NCBI GenBank assembly: GCA_050952625.1
Contig: JBMNLH010000001.1
Coordinates: forward strand, 1,088,001 to 1,152,000
Origin: Bacillota bacterium
GTDB taxonomy: Bacteria > Bacillota > Ch66 > Ch109
Length of the DNA: 64,000 nucleotides
Direction: 5' to 3'
Shown piece by piece: positions 63,909 through 64,000 of this stretch. The first letter of the stretch is position 1, and each line of letters starts with the position of its first letter. The notes beneath the pieces were generated by a model. It had not been told where the DNA came from, searched no databases, and worked only from the letters and a program-made list of their open reading frames with translations. The position numbers and the translations under genes are program-made.

Positions 63909-64000
63909 ATGGACGATTTAGATAGACAACTCCTTAATCGATTACAAAGTGATTTTCCGTTGACTTCTGCTCCCTATCAACTTCTGGGGGAGGAGCTAGG
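63909..64000 (+). CDS. ahbA: Siroheme decarboxylase subunit AhbA/NirD-like (partial)
   Basis: MDDLDRQLLNRLQSDFPLTSAPY, typical N-terminus; position after ahbD. Confidence 0.75.
   Translation, partial: MDDLDRQLLNRLQSDFPLTSAPYQLLGEEL

Overview
64 kb of chromosome from a spore-forming, anaerobic clostridial Firmicute (Peptococcaceae-like gene content; this is an inference). Housekeeping blocks: der-plsY-gpsA-spoIVA, apgM-mqnBD-hom-thrB-lysC, a FapR-controlled fab operon, topB, trpBA, fetAB, tRNA-Pro(GGG), speD, futalosine-route menaquinone genes, a Tat-exported selenocysteine formate dehydrogenase (fdnGHI-fdhE) and the siroheme/Ahb heme operon. Many single-base frameshifts, mainly at 19.5-30 kb and 36 kb, look like long-read consensus errors. 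Main findings: (1) a 9.8-kb element (27321-37144) bounded by two IS4-family copies, with a 177-bp outer direct repeat, a 9-bp repeat on the inner flanks and a solo IS end inside. Its toxin-antitoxin-rich cargo appears circularly permuted, as if integrated as a circle. (2) A TRAP-type attenuator with 11 (G/U)AG triplets and overlapping antiterminator/terminator ahead of a two-gene trpBA unit. (3) A roughly 350-nt structured, promoter-led intergenic RNA candidate. (4) A dispersed ~115-bp palindromic repeat family that sits just after stop codons and was the IS target. All calls were made by eye; no searches were run.
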